A stretch of DNA of 64,000 bases from Candidatus Bathyarchaeota archaeon (GTDB lineage: Archaea; Thermoproteota; Bathyarchaeia; Bathyarchaeales; Bathycorpusculaceae), in assembly GCA_963811105.1 (NCBI GenBank), contig CAWEPZ010000002.1, positions 32,001 through 96,000 of the forward strand, given 5' to 3'. Made by a program: the position numbers and the translations under genes. Below the pieces are notes generated by a model. The model saw nothing but the letters and a program-made list of their open reading frames with translations. It was not told where the DNA came from and did no database searches. This document shows positions 61,582-64,000 of this stretch, piece by piece (positions within the stretch are counted from its first letter, which is position 1; every line of letters begins with the position of its first letter).

Positions 61582-62346
61582 TTGGTCGAGCAGCTTTATG
61601 GAGCGGAGATTACCAAAAACTTTCCTAATTATGGAGAGTTTTGGATTAAGTTCATAGGCGACCCACAAAAGGACATTCCCGTGCCGTACGGTTTAGATTT
61701 CACAAATGCTCCAACAGGAACGAACATTGCACAGATTAACCAGAGCTACGAGGAGCTTTGTATGGCTCATTACTCACTATTTTGCCATTTAGCAGGAGCA
61801 CATTATCAGCAGGTTGTTTTGGGTGAAGCCATAAAACTCCCTGACTCCAACGAAAAGAAGTTCAAGCATTGGGAAGCTTTTGAAACGAGTTACATCCACC
61901 TTGGCTCCGTTTTTAACCAGATGTATCATGTTTGGGGAATCGTTTTTCTCCTCAGAAATGAGGTACGCAAAGTTATAGACAAGCGGGGCAAGGAACACCT
62001 GGAACCGAAAGTGCATGAAACACTCAAACAATTTCTTGAAAAGAATGGCCAGAAGATGATTAACGACAGAAAAACTAAGATTGACCTTAGCATCACATCT
62101 CTCAGAAACAGTATTGTTCATTTTTCAAGGTCAGCTTCGACTTACCAAAATGGCGAGTTTATGGTCCCCAGACAAAATCAGCAGGTTGTATGGTCAAAAC
62201 AGCCCATGAAGGAAGCATACGAAACATCAGGAAAACTACAAAATGACATCGCAGAAACGGAGAAAATCATTAACGACACTCACGTTTACCTTATTCAGCA
62301 ATATGAAGATTTTCTAACTACAAATAAAATAGCGGTTAACAAGTGA
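61582..62346 (+). CDS. HEPN-like putative RNase
   Basis: All-helical pattern with RNSIVH (R-x4-H) motif. Confidence 0.6.
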   Translation: MVEQLYGAEITKNFPNYGEFWIKFIGDPQKDIPVPYGLDFTNAPTGTNIAQINQSYEELCMAHYSLFCHLAGAHYQQVVLGEAIKLPDSNEKKFKHWEAFETSYIHLGSVFNQMYHVWGIVFLLRNEVRKVIDKRGKEHLEPKVHETLKQFLEKNGQKMINDRKTKIDLSITSLRNSIVHFSRSASTYQNGEFMVPRQNQQVVWSKQPMKEAYETSGKLQNDIAETEKIINDTHVYLIQQYEDFLTTNKIAVNK

Positions 62347-62360
62347 AGGAGGCGATGTAG

Positions 62361-62516
62361 ATAACAACCTGTCCAGATTGCGGTTCAACGCTTGTTGAGG
62401 AAACCATTATGACATCCAAGGGGCAAACTAATAATTCAGGTTCTGCTGATGCACGCCTAATTACATACACGAAAATTCTGAAATGCCCAAAATGCCCGTA
62501 CAGAACGTTTGGCTAA
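62361..62516 (+). CDS. CPxCG zinc-ribbon microprotein (ATA start, or mutated ATG)
   Basis: Not in ORF track. RBS GGAGGCGA, then ITTCPDCGSTLVEE...ILKCPKCPYRTFG*. Confidence 0.55.
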   Translation: MTTCPDCGSTLVEETIMTSKGQTNNSGSADARLITYTKILKCPKCPYRTFG

Positions 62517-62529
62517 GTTGACCTGCACC

Positions 62530-63414
62530 TTACACGCCTATTTCCTGCGAAAGCCCACTTCTAAGTTTAGCAAGATAATCCGCGTATTTCGGGTAGAACC
62601 CATCTGCCTGCTTGAGTAAAGCGGTGTAATGATTTGCCCCAATTTTCTTTAGTACGCGCCCTTCGATAAAATCGGCGACGCTTTCAGGAACGTTGAACCC
62701 TTCGCTAATCATCGTGTCAAACGCGAATTTGCGGAGATATTTTGGAGCTGGGAAACCCGTTTTGTAGGCGTAAGCCGATGCTCCGTTTGCGCTGACTTTA
62801 TCTTTATTCCGCTTAAGAAGTTCACAAGCGTAAGGGGTAAAATATGCCGCATACACTAACTTTGAGCCTCGGAAATATCCTAAAGTGCACCTGCAGAATC
62901 CGTTAACCTCCACTATCTCCGCCGAACCTTTGTTAAACTCACCAATTAAACGCTCAGCTTCCGTAAGCCTTAGCCCCGAATCCAAAAGCAAATTGAAGAA
63001 CGCTTGGTACCTTAGCGGCGCATTATGAATTTTGCTGAGAATACTCAAAATTTCGCTTTCAATGGGCACGTTCAAATCTACGCCCACGTTGTCTTTAGGT
63101 ATCGCTTTCCTGAGTACAGCCAGGTAGCCGATGTCTACGCCTTTTAGCTCGTAGAACCTGAAAAGTGCGGATAACGCGCGGTTGATGTTGTGGTTTTGGC
63201 CGTTGGTTAAGTTGGCGCAGATTTTCACAATATCCATCGGCTCGCGGATGACGGTTATGAAACGTTCCAATTGCCTCAAGATTGCCTTCGAGTATGACGA
63301 ATTCAAATGTTGCGCGCCAAGATATTCCTCGAACTCGCTTTTTTCGAGTCGCCAATCTATAAATAAACTCGAATTAAACCGATTTACGCAATTAGAGCCA
63401 GTAGAGCCTTCCAA
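62530..63414 (-). CDS. SSV1-type tyrosine integrase, int(C) fragment
   Basis: SGLRLTE, KYLRKF, DFIEGR, HY catalytic Tyr; 5' end lies in the tRNA-derived attR. Confidence 0.88.
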   Translation of the reverse strand: MEGSTGSNCVNRFNSSLFIDWRLEKSEFEEYLGAQHLNSSYSKAILRQLERFITVIREPMDIVKICANLTNGQNHNINRALSALFRFYELKGVDIGYLAVLRKAIPKDNVGVDLNVPIESEILSILSKIHNAPLRYQAFFNLLLDSGLRLTEAERLIGEFNKGSAEIVEVNGFCRCTLGYFRGSKLVYAAYFTPYACELLKRNKDKVSANGASAYAYKTGFPAPKYLRKFAFDTMISEGFNVPESVADFIEGRVLKKIGANHYTALLKQADGFYPKYADYLAKLRSGLSQEIGV

Positions 63415-63425
63415 GCTAATGATCC
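63405..63425 (+). repeat. attR core (partial tRNA-Gly duplication)
   Basis: 21-bp identity to the tRNA; extends to 28 bp with 2 mismatches (CGGGTTC vs GGGGATC), then similarity stops. Confidence 0.88.
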
Positions 63426-64000
63426 GGGGATCTTATGGGGCAAAGCCGCTTTTTCAAATAGTAAACGTTATAAAACCGCTTTTGCGATATCGTCTTCTCG
63501 GTGACTTGCATGCGTAAAGTAATAGTGTTAACAGCGATTTTTCTAATTGCGGTTTGGTTTTTAATGCTTAGTTACCAAATTTTTGTTGAAAAGCTCTAAC
63601 CCCATTAGCGTTAACACTGCAAGAGCCTAATTCTGCTTCTGGTGTCATCCTTAGTTCTAACATTACAGTTGGTGTTTTCGTTTGTTCGTTCGCTGTGGAT
63701 GTTTGTGTTATCTTCCGTAATTTCAAACCTATTGTTTGGTAAACAAAAACGAATTTTCACCCAATTCCTAATCGGCTTAATATTGACGATAACAGGTACT
63801 GCGGCATTTGAAGATTGAAGACTTTTGGCTATGACTTAGCCAATCCAAATACTCTGCTATCCAATTCCTTCGCTCCAAAATATTTGGCAACGCCTATTTT
63901 TCTTTCTTTTATCTTTCCCTGCCCTTCATCTTCATGATATAGTTGACTTACGAGCAATCACAAACAATACAAAAAATAGCTTTTTATGAGCAGACAACCT

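Larger units (their letters stand above)
58526..63425. mobile_element. ~4.9-kb SSV1-type integrated element in tRNA-Gly
   Basis: 21-bp direct repeat AGCCTTCCAAGCTAATGATCC at 58526-58546 and 63405-63425; the integrase ORF begins inside the right repeat. Confidence 0.88.

Noticed and set aside
1-64000. CRISPR array, rRNA, or replication origin
   Set aside because: No regularly spaced repeats, rRNA-like sequence, ORB boxes or cdc6 gene seen by eye.
63430-64000. Sequence right of attR
   Set aside because: Only short broken frames; nothing assignable within the window.

Overview
Archaeal chromosomal window, most consistent with Bathyarchaeia. This is inferred from the histone, Alba, a Cren7-like remnant, S25e/L40e, TFB, Hel308 and the tetraether synthase-like gene. 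About 1-49 kb is mostly housekeeping: ribosomal proteins, a radical-SAM tetraether synthase, a surface-glycosylation cluster (6-19 kb), an Fe-S/sulfur-relay operon, purB, aspS, a complete DAP-aminotransferase lysine operon, archease/RtcB and an Mtd-like dehydrogenase. The right end (49-64 kb) is accessory and holds several pseudogenes. The three most notable items follow. (1) A tightly coupled 4-gene sulfur-mobilisation operon in which an IscS-like protein has lost most PLP/substrate-binding residues but keeps its persulfide Cys, next to IscU, an intact SufS and a small single-Cys protein. (2) A ~4.9-kb SSV1-type element integrated in tRNA-Gly(TCC), with a split integrase, a degenerate attR and a candidate antiviral cassette (wHTH/HhH-like protein, DUF4238, HEPN, Zn-finger microprotein). 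(3) A dead IS110 whose upstream non-coding region still folds like a two-loop bridge RNA. All family assignments come from motif recognition by eye; no searches were run.
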